Source of the DNA: Nitrospirota bacterium
GTDB taxonomy: Bacteria > Nitrospirota > UBA9217
Direction: 5' to 3'
Length of the DNA stretch: 64,000 nucleotides
Assembly: GCA_963737155.1 (NCBI GenBank)
Contig: CAVTRN010000002.1
Span: forward strand, 1,952,001 to 2,016,000
In this document: positions 10,497 through 19,471 of the stretch, piece after piece
Layout: each line of letters opens with the position of its first letter
How positions within the stretch are numbered: the first letter of the stretch is position 1
Notes under the pieces: model-generated
What the model was told of the DNA's origin: nothing
The model's input: only the letters and a program-made list of their open reading frames with translations
The model's database searches: none
Program-made: the position numbers and the translations under genes

Positions 10497-10999
10497 GACC
10501 ATAACCTCCTGAACAGCGCCGCGAACAGAAAACCACTCGTGAACATGGCAATCACAAAGACCCATCCGGACAGGGCGAACTGGGCGCCACCGGTCAGGGC
10601 AACGCCGCTTGTGCATCCGCGCGCGAGTCTGCTGGCAAACCCGAGGATAATGCCGCCGCCGAAAGATGTTATCACCCGAATCCCCATAGACATTGACGAT
10701 CCGCGGTCAAATCGAACCCTGAAACCGCGCGATATGAGCACGCCGATCAGCGCTCCGATCAGGACCCCGGTGACTTCGAGAAAGGTCCAGTCCTGAAAAG
10801 GAGGGCGCTCAAGATATTTCGACAGAGAGGTGAGGGTCGCCGTATATCCAGGGGCCAAGTTGTTTAGTGCCGTCCCTGCAGCCACTGTAAAGGCCCGTGA
10901 TGCACCGAGTCCCTGTCCCGCAATGATGAACGATGCGAGAAGCGTGAGCCCGAGACCGGCTCCCGCAAGATAGGGAGACCAGAAACCATGTTTATTCAT
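10493..10999 (-). CDS. YeeE/YedE-family sulfur-compound transport membrane protein
   Basis: WSPYLAGAGLG, GGIILGFASRLARGCTSG motif; GGAGG SD. Confidence 0.88.
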   Translation of the reverse strand: MNKHGFWSPYLAGAGLGLTLLASFIIAGQGLGASRAFTVAAGTALNNLAPGYTATLTSLSKYLERPPFQDWTFLEVTGVLIGALIGVLISRGFRVRFDRGSSMSMGIRVITSFGGGIILGFASRLARGCTSGVALTGGAQFALSGWVFVIAMFTSGFLFAALFRRLWS

Positions 11000-11186
11000 A
11001 ACCACCTCCGCGTTGAGGACTTAATAGCCGCCATCACAACGTTGGTTCTTATATTGTAAGACTCGTGCCCCGAGACACAGCGAAAACATCCGGAGGGAAA
11101 TCAAGAATTGCTCCCTTCTTCGTTTCTTGATCGAAAACACATGAGCCGTGCTTCGTGGTTATTTTGTTAGTAAACTTCTTACTTAA

Positions 11187-11215
11187 ATTGTCGCGCCCGC
11201 TCTTTCCTTTGTCAA
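11187..11215 (-). promoter_or_regulatory. Probable sigma70 promoter of the yeeE/yedE pair
   Basis: TTGACA-N17-GACAAT on the minus strand. Confidence 0.5.
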
Positions 11216-11635
11216 GAGTAAACTTATTACTCGACGGGGTGCAGCAATAAATCGTTGTGTCCATTAGCTGCGTGTGCATGTTTATTTACAAGCCGTAATC
11301 ATTGATAGTGTCAAATGGTGGAAAGTACAAGTTTGTAGGTGAAGAGTTGGACGCAATCCGATTATTACATACTCATCTATGGGTTGAAACATGCAACACC
11401 AAAACATGATTTTTTTGCCTAAATATTATTTGCGCGATAAATTTACCTGATTCACTGGTAAAAAAAAACCGAAATTGGTGGATGATTTCAATCAGAATCA
11501 ACACTGGTAAAATTGAATCGGAATGATTGGAAGAAATCATTTGTAACGTGTGGTAGATTTACTGGATTGACCGGAAGGAATCACCCGGAATGAGTGGAAG
11601 GATTCATCGGAATGTGCAATATGCGTGGTGGGTTC

Positions 11636-12346
11636 TCGGCCCGGCTCTGCACCATGAACCTGATGCTACACAGCATCGGGACCGATAAAGACCTTCCTAT
11701 CATCGTTTCGGACTCTCTTGTCGCCGATCCTGGAGACCGATTCGATATCGTGCTGACCAATCCTCCCTTCGGCAAGAAGAGCAGCACAACCATCGTAGCC
11801 GATAACGGTAAGATATCCAGGGAAACCGATTTCATCGAGCGCGAAGACTTCTGGGCCACGACATCGAACAAACAGCTTAATTTCATCCAGCATGTAAAAA
11901 CTCTTTTAAAGCAGAATGGCCGTACAGCAGTTGTTGTCCCGGATAACGTCTTGTTCGAAGGAGGAGCAGGGGAGACGGTCAGGCGAAAGCTCCTGCACGA
12001 GTGCGACGTGCACACGCTCCTGAGCCTGCCCACGGGTCTGTTCTACGCTCAGGGCGTTAAGGCGAACGCGCAGTTCTTCGACAAGAAACCGGCAAGCGAA
12101 ACGCCCTGGACAAAGATGCTCTGGATCTACGATCTCCGCACGAACATGCACTTCACGCTCAAAACCAACTCCCTCCAGCGCTCCGATCTTGACTAGTTCG
12201 TGAAATGCTTCAATCCCGGGAATCGCCATCAGCGCAACGCCACGAGGTCCGAAAAGAAACCCGAAGGCCGCTGGCGATCATACAACTACGATGAACTTGT
12301 TGCCCGAGACAAGGCAAGCCTCGACATCTTCTGGCTCGATCTCTAA
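11636..12346 (+). pseudogene. hsdM: Type I restriction-modification methyltransferase (HsdM), C-terminal relic
   Basis: ARLCTMNLMLH..DIVLTNPPFG..QLNFIQH..VVVPDNVLFEGG..LPTGLFYAQGVKAN. The N-terminus is missing, there is a TAG at 12194-12196, and the frame continues to DKASLDIFWL; no hsdS or hsdR. Confidence 0.88.
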
Positions 12347-12651
12347 GGCAATAATCTAGGAATCTGGAAGGTTGTCGGAAGCTTCGAGGGATTTGTCCTT
12401 GTAAATGACCATATCATCATCAGCAGCATCAGATCAGATCAGCAGCAGCAGTGTAACCTTACCAATAAGTTTGCCGGATCTGGAAGCATAAGATTGCCGG
12501 AAAAGCCGCTTTAACGTGTTCCTTTATTATCATTTTTTCGATCACTGTGGAACCATAAGATTGCCGAAAGTGCAGAATGGAACCATAAGTCTGCCGAAAG
12601 TGCAGCAATTGAGAATTAATAATTTTAAATGACCGGGTAAATTATTTTAAC

Positions 12652-12680
12652 TTGTAATATATCGAATATCGGCATATAGT
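12652..12680 (+). promoter_or_regulatory. Promoter/operator for higBA-2
   Basis: TTGTAA-N17-TATAGT with an imperfect palindrome in the spacer; ATG 8 nt downstream. Confidence 0.65.
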
Positions 12681-12688
12681 ATATATTA

Positions 12689-12979
12689 ATGATTCAGAAC
12701 ATTTCCAGCAAAACAGCGCAGGATGTATATGATGGAGTAAACAGTCGGAATGCTCGCAGGCTTCCACGGGAGCTACATGCTAAGGCACAACGGCTTCTCG
12801 ATCAATTGAATGCTGTCATTATTTTGGAGACTTTAAAAACCCCACCAGGAAACAAGCTGGAAAAAATGAAAGGCAACTTAGATGGGTACTGGAGTTTGAG
12901 GGTTAATGACCAGTGGCGAATCATCTTCCGATGGGAGAAAGGTGACGCTTTTGACGTGGATATTGTCGATTACCATTGA
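12689..12979 (+). CDS. higB: HigB toxin (second locus)
   Basis: AQRLLDQLN..LKTPPGNKLEKMKG..WSLRVNDQWRIIFRW..IVDYH. Confidence 0.92.
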   Translation: MIQNISSKTAQDVYDGVNSRNARRLPRELHAKAQRLLDQLNAVIILETLKTPPGNKLEKMKGNLDGYWSLRVNDQWRIIFRWEKGDAFDVDIVDYH

Positions 12980-12990
12980 GGAGAAATACT

Positions 12991-13281
12991 ATGCTGCCAA
13001 AGAAAAGACCACCTACACATCCGGGAGAGATGTTACTCAAGGAGTTTTTAGAACCAATGGGCATGACTCAAGTAGAGCTTGCCAAACATCTTGGTTGGAC
13101 CTGGGCTAGACTAAACGAAATTGTCAACGGCCGAAGAGGGATGTCCGCAAACTCAGCACTCACTCTCGGAGAGGCTTTCGGCACAGGTCCTGAGTTCTGG
13201 CTTAACCTTCAGCGGGATTGGGATCTGTGGCAGGCACTGCGGAAACATAAACCCGTAATGGCGCTGAAGAAAGCAAGTTGA
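12991..13281 (+). CDS. higA: HigA antitoxin (second locus)
   Basis: PPTHPGEMLLKEFLEP..RLNEIVNGRR..FWLNLQRDWDLW; GGAG SD. Confidence 0.92.
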   Translation: MLPKKRPPTHPGEMLLKEFLEPMGMTQVELAKHLGWTWARLNEIVNGRRGMSANSALTLGEAFGTGPEFWLNLQRDWDLWQALRKHKPVMALKKAS

Positions 13282-13675
13282 GATTTGTGAAAAATAAAGT
13301 TAATTCACCGTTAGAGCTAATCGTTGGCTTATCCAATAATGGTTCAATAAAAGGATCGTCAATAGGAGGAACTACTAGTTATTACGAATTTACAGCTGCA
13401 ACATCAATTGGTGATCATAATAGGTAAACTTACAATACTCGTGCTCAATCGCATTTCCGCTCAATTTTCTGGAAGTATAAGCTTGCCGCTATCGTTTTCG
13501 ATTATTGCAATTAAAGTTATTTCAAGCCCTTACAACTTACCCTGAGCGAACACATACTAATTGGAAGCAAAAGTCTGCCGGAGGGGATTGGAACCATAAG
13601 CCTGCCGCAGCGGCAAACTTATGGTTCTAGTCACAAGCAGCAGCAAAACAGGATTGAAAGCATAAACCTGTCGTA

Positions 13676-13703
13676 ATTTGACATAATATACATTATCAGA
13701 CAT
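13676..13703 (-). other. dif: XerCD recombination site (dif)
   Basis: Minus strand reads ATGTCTGATAA-TGTATA-TTATGTCAAAT, versus E. coli GGTGCGCATAA-TGTATA-TTATGTTAAAT. The spacer is identical, the XerD arm matches 10/11, and the site is intergenic. Confidence 0.88.
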
Positions 13704-13899
13704 TATAATATTTATACAATTACTTTATAATAACTATATATATATTTGATTTTATTAATTTAAATTAAATTTTTTTATAACCAGCGCACTACCAATTTTT
13801 ATCGGCTAATTTATGTTTCCAACCGATATTCTTCTGGATGAAAATGACGAGAAATAATTAAGTCCGGATGGGTACCCACCAAAAAACTTATGCTTCCAT

Positions 13900-13959
13900 A
13901 AAAAATGAACCCTCCCGCCACTAAACCGTAAGAACGGTTATAGTGGCGGGAGAGTTCAT
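13900..13959 (-). terminator. Strong hairpin, probable intrinsic terminator for minus-strand transcription
   Basis: ATGAAC.CTCCCGCCACTA.AACCG-loop-CGGTT.TAGTGGCGGGAG.GTTCAT, followed by a T6 run on the minus strand. Confidence 0.7.
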
Positions 13960-14321
13960 CGTAAGCTGTCCGAAGCCCCTAGGAAGTTCGGCGAATAATT
14001 AAAAGGCAAATACAAAGGTTTTTGGAAACAGAAAAGACGTGTACCGATAACTTTAAATGACCGAGGGCATAAGCATGCATAGCTGCCGACATCGATCCCA
14101 CGGGACCCTGTTATGATCGCTTCAGAGCCTCGATTCGGAATGGATGATAATGTTCCCGTATTGTCTGGCAGGGATGAATCGGAAATGCTGATCGGTATAT
14201 ACTGATAAATAAAGAGTATGCCCTTGACCTCACCTATTTCATCAAGAACACTCCGGGATCCGGAGTTATTACCCATTTCCGGATGAATTTGAAGGAATAA
14301 TCTGATCAGTGACTGAAAATA

Positions 14322-15221
14322 TCAGAATTTCAAGCTTGTCATTGCTATAATTCGATTGGAATTGTTGTATCCTTCGTTTTGCTTGTCCAAAAATTGTGTT
14401 CCGACAGTCAAATTAAGCCTTTCGCTAACCATCCTGAAACCATAAGTAACTCCGTAATAATCGCCTCCGGTGAGCGTTGTTACATTCATTCCGTGAACCA
14501 TTGAATATTCGAGAAACATCTGAAGGTTATTTTCTTTACTTATAGGAAACAGGATTCCGGCATTGAAGAGTTCATATACGTCGCGTAGCCGTTTTTCAGA
14601 TAGATCATCGCCGGCCAGTTGACCATCGGCGTAAATCCCGAGAATCTGATTCTTCACGTAGAATTCTGTCCCGATCGATATCCCGGCACGCACGCCCCAG
14701 TAAGTCGCACTGTTGATACGCACATTGGAATATTGCTCAATAGGAACAATACCGGTAGAGAAAAACGACACAGCGGGCAGCAGTGAATCTTCCTGCTGAA
14801 CTAATAATGTCCTTTTGTAAGAAAGCTCTACGTTCCCCGCCTGTCTCGCCGTCTGTGCTGTTAGGGTTGGGCCTTCCTTAATGCTTGAAAAAGATCCTCG
14901 CAAGGCCAGTTCCGACTTCGGCGAAAGACCAGTTGTTATGACGATAGGATATTCCGTGATCGTATAGTCTGGAATGGTACTGTTTTCAGACAGTACGGCA
15001 ACGCCTATTTCAACAGAGCCCGTCTGGAGCGTATAAGGCTGCGTGGTAAAAAGGAGGCCTGTCAAGCCGTTCGTGTTGACTGGATGATTGATCATGTCAG
15101 TCTCATCACCAAATGCGATTTGAGAAAGGAAAAGGAAGAGAACGATGAATAGGGCAAGGATACAATGATGTACGACCGAGTTGATTTTATGGTGAGGCTT
15201 CGAAAATGCGGTTTGTTTCAT
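14322..15221 (-). CDS. Hypothetical exported protein, probable outer-membrane beta-barrel
   Basis: N-terminal hydrophobic signal (..QIAFG), alternating strands and C-terminal Phe (MTSLKF). Confidence 0.7.
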   Translation of the reverse strand: MKQTAFSKPHHKINSVVHHCILALFIVLFLFLSQIAFGDETDMINHPVNTNGLTGLLFTTQPYTLQTGSVEIGVAVLSENSTIPDYTITEYPIVITTGLSPKSELALRGSFSSIKEGPTLTAQTARQAGNVELSYKRTLLVQQEDSLLPAVSFFSTGIVPIEQYSNVRINSATYWGVRAGISIGTEFYVKNQILGIYADGQLAGDDLSEKRLRDVYELFNAGILFPISKENNLQMFLEYSMVHGMNVTTLTGGDYYGVTYGFRMVSERLNLTVGTQFLDKQNEGYNNSNRIIAMTSLKF

Positions 15222-15246
15222 TCCGGCCTTCTCGTTTTCGGTTATT

Positions 15247-15672
15247 TTACCGGGAAAGATAATTTTCTATTTCGAAAATATAATTCGAGTACAATTCTTC
15301 AGCCTGTTTCGCCGCGTTGAGGATCAAATCATGATCTAAAGCGTCGTATTCGTGAACCAGGCGGTTTCTTAATCCCGCCGACGGGGCGAGTTTCTCGGCT
15401 AGGCCGGCCGGAATCACGGCAAGCTCGCCAGCCTTTATAAAGCTCTGGAAATAATCGTCTGGTGCATCATTTCCGGTTTGTACTATGATATGGGTATTGA
15501 TGTCTATGGCCGCTTCTATCATTTCCTGCAAAAGCCTTTCAGATGCTTTTCTTTTATAGACATCTCTATCGTATTCTTCCCTGCTGATACCCCGGTACAG
15601 TTCAAGAGCTTTGAGGTTTTCAATAATAACCCCCATTTTTTTTCTGATAACGCTTTTTTCCAAAGGGCTCAT
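15247..15672 (-). CDS. hepT: HepT/DUF86 HEPN RNase toxin
   Basis: GLRNRLVHEY matches the RX4HXY motif; overlaps mntA. Confidence 0.9.
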   Translation of the reverse strand: MSPLEKSVIRKKMGVIIENLKALELYRGISREEYDRDVYKRKASERLLQEMIEAAIDINTHIIVQTGNDAPDDYFQSFIKAGELAVIPAGLAEKLAPSAGLRNRLVHEYDALDHDLILNAAKQAEELYSNYIFEIENYLSR

Positions 15673-16091
15673 CGCATTCCCCTTGCGTCAAGAAAAAGCT
15701 TGATTGAGTGGGCACGTGCGTCGCGCAATTTCTTTGTATCGACATACATCCTGAATGCGAGTGAATAAAACTCATGAAATATTCCGGGGGTCTTCTCATA
15801 AAGGACTAGTCCGTGCTTTACGGCGGAATATTTCAAGATAGGACTTGCCGTTCTAAGGTCAACCACATCAACATGATCGGTCCGTAACAACACTGTAACT
15901 CTGTTGGTAAGGACCAAAACATCCGCTAGGCCACTAAATAGAAAGGCAAGGTCGATGTCGCTTCGCCTGTGTACATTTCCCGTCGCAACCGAGCCGAAGA
16001 GAAGAACAAGATAGAGTTCACGGTCGAGAAAAAGAGGCGCAAGCTTCAATTTTAAGGCATCAGGCGGCGGGAAAGATACAATTTGTTTCAT
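15669..16091 (-). CDS. mntA: MntA minimal nucleotidyltransferase antitoxin
   Basis: FGSVATG..SDIDLA (GSX10DXD) and VDVVDL. Confidence 0.9.
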   Translation of the reverse strand: MKQIVSFPPPDALKLKLAPLFLDRELYLVLLFGSVATGNVHRRSDIDLAFLFSGLADVLVLTNRVTVLLRTDHVDVVDLRTASPILKYSAVKHGLVLYEKTPGIFHEFYSLAFRMYVDTKKLRDARAHSIKLFLDARGMR

Positions 16092-16242
16092 GCAGATATA
16101 TTAGTATAAGCTAGTAGGAAATGCAAGGAGGGAAATAAGAGGCAGGTGAAAAATAAACGAATTCCTAATAATAAGTTTTAGGTTGTGAGTATAGACAGTT
16201 CCCAAACAGCATAATAAGATATTAAATATTAGAAAACCGAAG

Positions 16243-16989
16243 TCAAGTAGTGCGCTTTTTATGCTTCGCAAGGAATTCAAGAAAAAATGCGAAAAAAATG
16301 CTGATAAATAGGCTTGTAATGCCAGCGAACATCATATTCAGGCTTGTCTTGGGGCGGTATTTCCGCTCCGCAGGCACTGCGCGATCTACTACTTGGACGG
16401 TGATGTTTATGGATTTATCTTTAAGAAATTCTGTGAGGGCATATACATAATAGTTAGCTATTTCCGCAGCGAGCTTAGGGTCTTTCCATTCAACAGAGAT
16501 TGTGATAGCCCCCTCCTTACTTTTAGTAAATTTTACAACGTCTTTTACAAGGTAATTTACGGCATCTTCAAGATAAGGATGTTTATTCGGATTTATCCAG
16601 GCACCTTTTTCTGAGTCCCACTGTTTGTCATAAAAAACCTTCATCAGGTCGAATTTGCGAATTATATCTTCAGATATGGTCCTACTATTCAATAGCATCA
16701 CAAGTTTATCCGCTGGGCTCTGAATGCCAGCACCGACACCAAGAGCTCCGGCAAAAGGCAGTGCGGAGAGGGCTGAGGCCAACCCCCCCGCCTCTGAACC
16801 AGTAGATATGAACATAGTCTCGGACTTGTAGAATTTAGGCGATCGAATACTAATTACCATTGTCGTAGCGACAGCGACACAACATATAAGAATAATCATG
16901 ACCTTCCTGTGCCAGAGAACGCTCCAGTAATCGAGGAGATTTATTTCGTATTCTTTTTTTTGTATTGTTTCATGTGGTTCTTGAGACAT
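16243..16989 (-). CDS. Wzz-type chain-length determinant / polysaccharide co-polymerase
   Basis: EINLLDYW, TM1, DPKLAAEIAN, VVDRAVPAE..RP, TM2; no kinase domain. Confidence 0.88.
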   Translation of the reverse strand: MSQEPHETIQKKEYEINLLDYWSVLWHRKVMIILICCVAVATTMVISIRSPKFYKSETMFISTGSEAGGLASALSALPFAGALGVGAGIQSPADKLVMLLNSRTISEDIIRKFDLMKVFYDKQWDSEKGAWINPNKHPYLEDAVNYLVKDVVKFTKSKEGAITISVEWKDPKLAAEIANYYVYALTEFLKDKSINITVQVVDRAVPAERKYRPKTSLNMMFAGITSLFISIFFAFFLEFLAKHKKRTT

Positions 16990-17128
16990 GTGGGTTGAAA
17001 TCCTTTGGTATTTCTTAGTTTGTTCCTCTGAGTTTAACGTTAGTGTTATCTTTAATCATCCCCTTCTGATTATTGAAAGTATTTTCTTCATCCCCTGTTT
17101 CGCAGCTAAACATTAAAAAATCCAATAC

Positions 17129-19471
17129 CTAAAACAGAATTCTCGTCGTTGCTGCTATAACCGCGGTCTTGAACAGGATGTCTAGGGTGTCCTTCAGAAA
17201 ACGCATGAAAGCGTGCCGCTCCACTTGCTGTGGGACGAAAACGGCATCGCCGGCCGCGAGCTCAAGATTCCCGAGATTTTTTCCCACTGAAGGCGAGTCT
17301 TTGCTTACTGCGAAACCATTTGCTTTGAGCACGTATATTTCATCTTTGTCTGCGTACTTGGTGATGTTTCCAGAATTAGCGATATAATTATTTACCGTAA
17401 GGCCATCAACATATATCTGAGCGCTCGGATTATGGACTTCGCCAATGACCAGAATATCCTGCGGACGCTTAGGAATTGTAATGCTGTCTCCGTTCTGAAG
17501 CAAAAGATCGTCTTTTGATTTAGCCCATACATCTATGTTTAGGGTGATATTAATGGCAATTCTGCCTTCCGAGGTTTCTTGGAGGGCCTTCAGACTATCG
17601 ATAAGACTTTTATTGGCCATTGCTTCTGTTTTTGCGGCCTCTGCTTCTTCCGCACTCACAGCGGTTGCCACACGTTCAGAACCCACCTGTGCAACCTGGG
17701 TCTCAAGTTTGTTGATAAAGATCTGGAAATTCTTAGCTTGGGTATTTTTTACGGATTTGCGTGCGAATATTGTCCCATAAGGATACGCTTCCGTCGTGAA
17801 GCCTCCGGCTCGTTTCAAGACATCGCTGAGATGTTCTCCATTATAGACTTCATATTCACCAGGCTTGAGGACCTCGCCCGACAGAAAAACTTTTTCCACT
17901 TCACGATAAGTCGTATAGACCCTGATATCGTCTTTTGGCTGGAGCAGAATGTTCTGTTTTGCATCGCCTTTTAGAAGTGCCTCCAAATCTATAGGGATGA
18001 CTTCACGGTCTGTAAAATCTTTAGTAAGGCGGATAATTTCAGCCCTCTGTAGATCGGATGTGGGTAGGAGCTGCCCCTGGTCGATTATTTCTTTGAGCCT
18101 AAGATCAGGTCGCCATTGATAATTTCCGGGATTCCGCACATCTCCTTTTAGGTTTACTGTGTCCCATACTTTGTCGTATATTGGGAATACCGATATAGTG
18201 TCCATGTTATAAATTTTTTCGCTCAGCTCCGGCACTTTTTCTTGCCCAGTAACGGCTGCTGCGGAGAGCTTTACGTCCAGTGCAAGCTTCCTATCATAGC
18301 CGCTAAATCGTGAAATTTGGACCCTGTTCGCAAGGCCGAAAGGCATGATCCCACCCGCGAGTTGAAGGAGATCTCCCAGCGTTTCGCCCTTACTTGTATA
18401 TTCATAAATCGCCGGACGATAAACCGACCCGGAAACGCCAGCAACAGGTCCGATAAGTGGCACAAATATTGTGTCTTCATTCTCAAGTCTGGCATCCTGA
18501 CTGCGGTCACCATTAAGCAAAAAATCGTACAGATCCATATTTTTTATGACCTTGCCATTCCGCAAGATCTGAATCTTACGCATAGTGCCCTTTTTGGTAG
18601 GACCACCAGCCGCGAACAATGCGCCGTAAGCAGTAGTCAGAGAATTCAAAGCATAGCTTCCCGGCTTTACAACCTCACCTACGACATATACAGTGATAGT
18701 CTTAAGTGAACCCATGGCTACGCTTAGGTTGAAATTGCTGTAATACCTCGATAGGTGACGGCTTAGTGTGTTTTCCAATTCCCCGAAGCGTACGCCTGCT
18801 ACTCGCACAACACCCACTTTGGGCAGTGTAATGTTCCCTTCCCGGCTTACTTTAAAATTATATATACCTTCAGCCGTTCCCCATATAGTAACCGTGAACT
18901 GGTCACCTGGACCAATGATATAATCGGAGCCCACTGAAACAGCGGTCAATGGAGTGAAGGAAGAGATTGATTTTAGGAAGAGGTTATAGCCGAATTGTTT
19001 CAGAGGGTTTAAAAGGATATAAGTTGGAAATTCGCCAGACATTGTTCGTTCAAATATGGACTGTTCAGTGACTGTCGGCTCGGTCTGCAGTTGCTGTTTT
19101 TTGAGCGCCTCAGCTTTTTTCTTATTGAAGTCTTCCCAGATTTTTTTAGCAGTTTCAAAGTCACCTCGTTGGATTGCTTCCGACATCTCTTGAGCTAACT
19201 GGGGGTCCAGCATTCGTATCTGCTGAATAGCATCTCCGGCCATTTCCTGCTGCGTTCCGGAGATGCCCTGTTGTGTACCGGAGATGCCCTGTTGCGTTCC
19301 GGAGATGCCTTGTTGCGTTCCCGAGATACCCTGTTGCGTTCCGGAGATGCCTTGTTGCGTTCCCGAGATGCCCTGTTCTTCGGGGACCTCCTGACCGTAT
19401 GCAGGATACGATCCGACAACCGGGATGATGAATAGAGTAAAGCAAATAAAATAAATCAAATGTCGCTTCAA
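17129..19471 (-). CDS. SLBB-domain polysaccharide export protein (Wza/KpsD-like)
   Basis: LKQFGY, DYIIGPGD, repeated V.GEV..PG.Y SLBB units and a C-terminal amphipathic helix. Confidence 0.9.
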   Translation of the reverse strand: MKRHLIYFICFTLFIIPVVGSYPAYGQEVPEEQGISGTQQGISGTQQGISGTQQGISGTQQGISGTQQGISGTQQEMAGDAIQQIRMLDPQLAQEMSEAIQRGDFETAKKIWEDFNKKKAEALKKQQLQTEPTVTEQSIFERTMSGEFPTYILLNPLKQFGYNLFLKSISSFTPLTAVSVGSDYIIGPGDQFTVTIWGTAEGIYNFKVSREGNITLPKVGVVRVAGVRFGELENTLSRHLSRYYSNFNLSVAMGSLKTITVYVVGEVVKPGSYALNSLTTAYGALFAAGGPTKKGTMRKIQILRNGKVIKNMDLYDFLLNGDRSQDARLENEDTIFVPLIGPVAGVSGSVYRPAIYEYTSKGETLGDLLQLAGGIMPFGLANRVQISRFSGYDRKLALDVKLSAAAVTGQEKVPELSEKIYNMDTISVFPIYDKVWDTVNLKGDVRNPGNYQWRPDLRLKEIIDQGQLLPTSDLQRAEIIRLTKDFTDREVIPIDLEALLKGDAKQNILLQPKDDIRVYTTYREVEKVFLSGEVLKPGEYEVYNGEHLSDVLKRAGGFTTEAYPYGTIFARKSVKNTQAKNFQIFINKLETQVAQVGSERVATAVSAEEAEAAKTEAMANKSLIDSLKALQETSEGRIAINITLNIDVWAKSKDDLLLQNGDSITIPKRPQDILVIGEVHNPSAQIYVDGLTVNNYIANSGNITKYADKDEIYVLKANGFAVSKDSPSVGKNLGNLELAAGDAVFVPQQVERHAFMRFLKDTLDILFKTAVIAATTRILF
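19247..19378 (-). repeat. In-frame 21-bp tandem repeat, 6 copies, encoding (GISGTQQ)6
   Basis: Unit CTGTTGCGTTCCGGAGATGCC on +, with only synonymous variation. Confidence 0.97.

Larger units (their letters stand above)
12458..13898. repeat. Dispersed 19-bp repeat family, consensus TGGAASCATAAGNYTGCCG, about 11 copies around dif
   Basis: Plus copies at 12458 (degenerate), 12481, 12548, 12578, 13470, 13562, 13589 and 13655. Minus copies at 13611-13629, 13803-13821 and 13880-13898 (partial). Confidence 0.9.

Noticed and set aside
12458-13898. 19-bp repeats as a CRISPR array
   Set aside because: Irregular spacing, mixed orientation, degenerate copies, gaps too short or too long for spacers, and no cas genes
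13956-14276. 106-aa ORF or riboswitch next to the hairpin
   Set aside because: No SD or motif, and no match to a riboswitch consensus that I can recognise
14435-14446. TGAAACCATAAG as another copy of the dif-flanking motif
   Set aside because: Inside a CDS and lacks the TGCCG half; probably chance
19247-19378. 21-bp repeat as CRISPR or ncRNA
   Set aside because: Head-to-tail with no spacers, in frame in a CDS, and varying only synonymously
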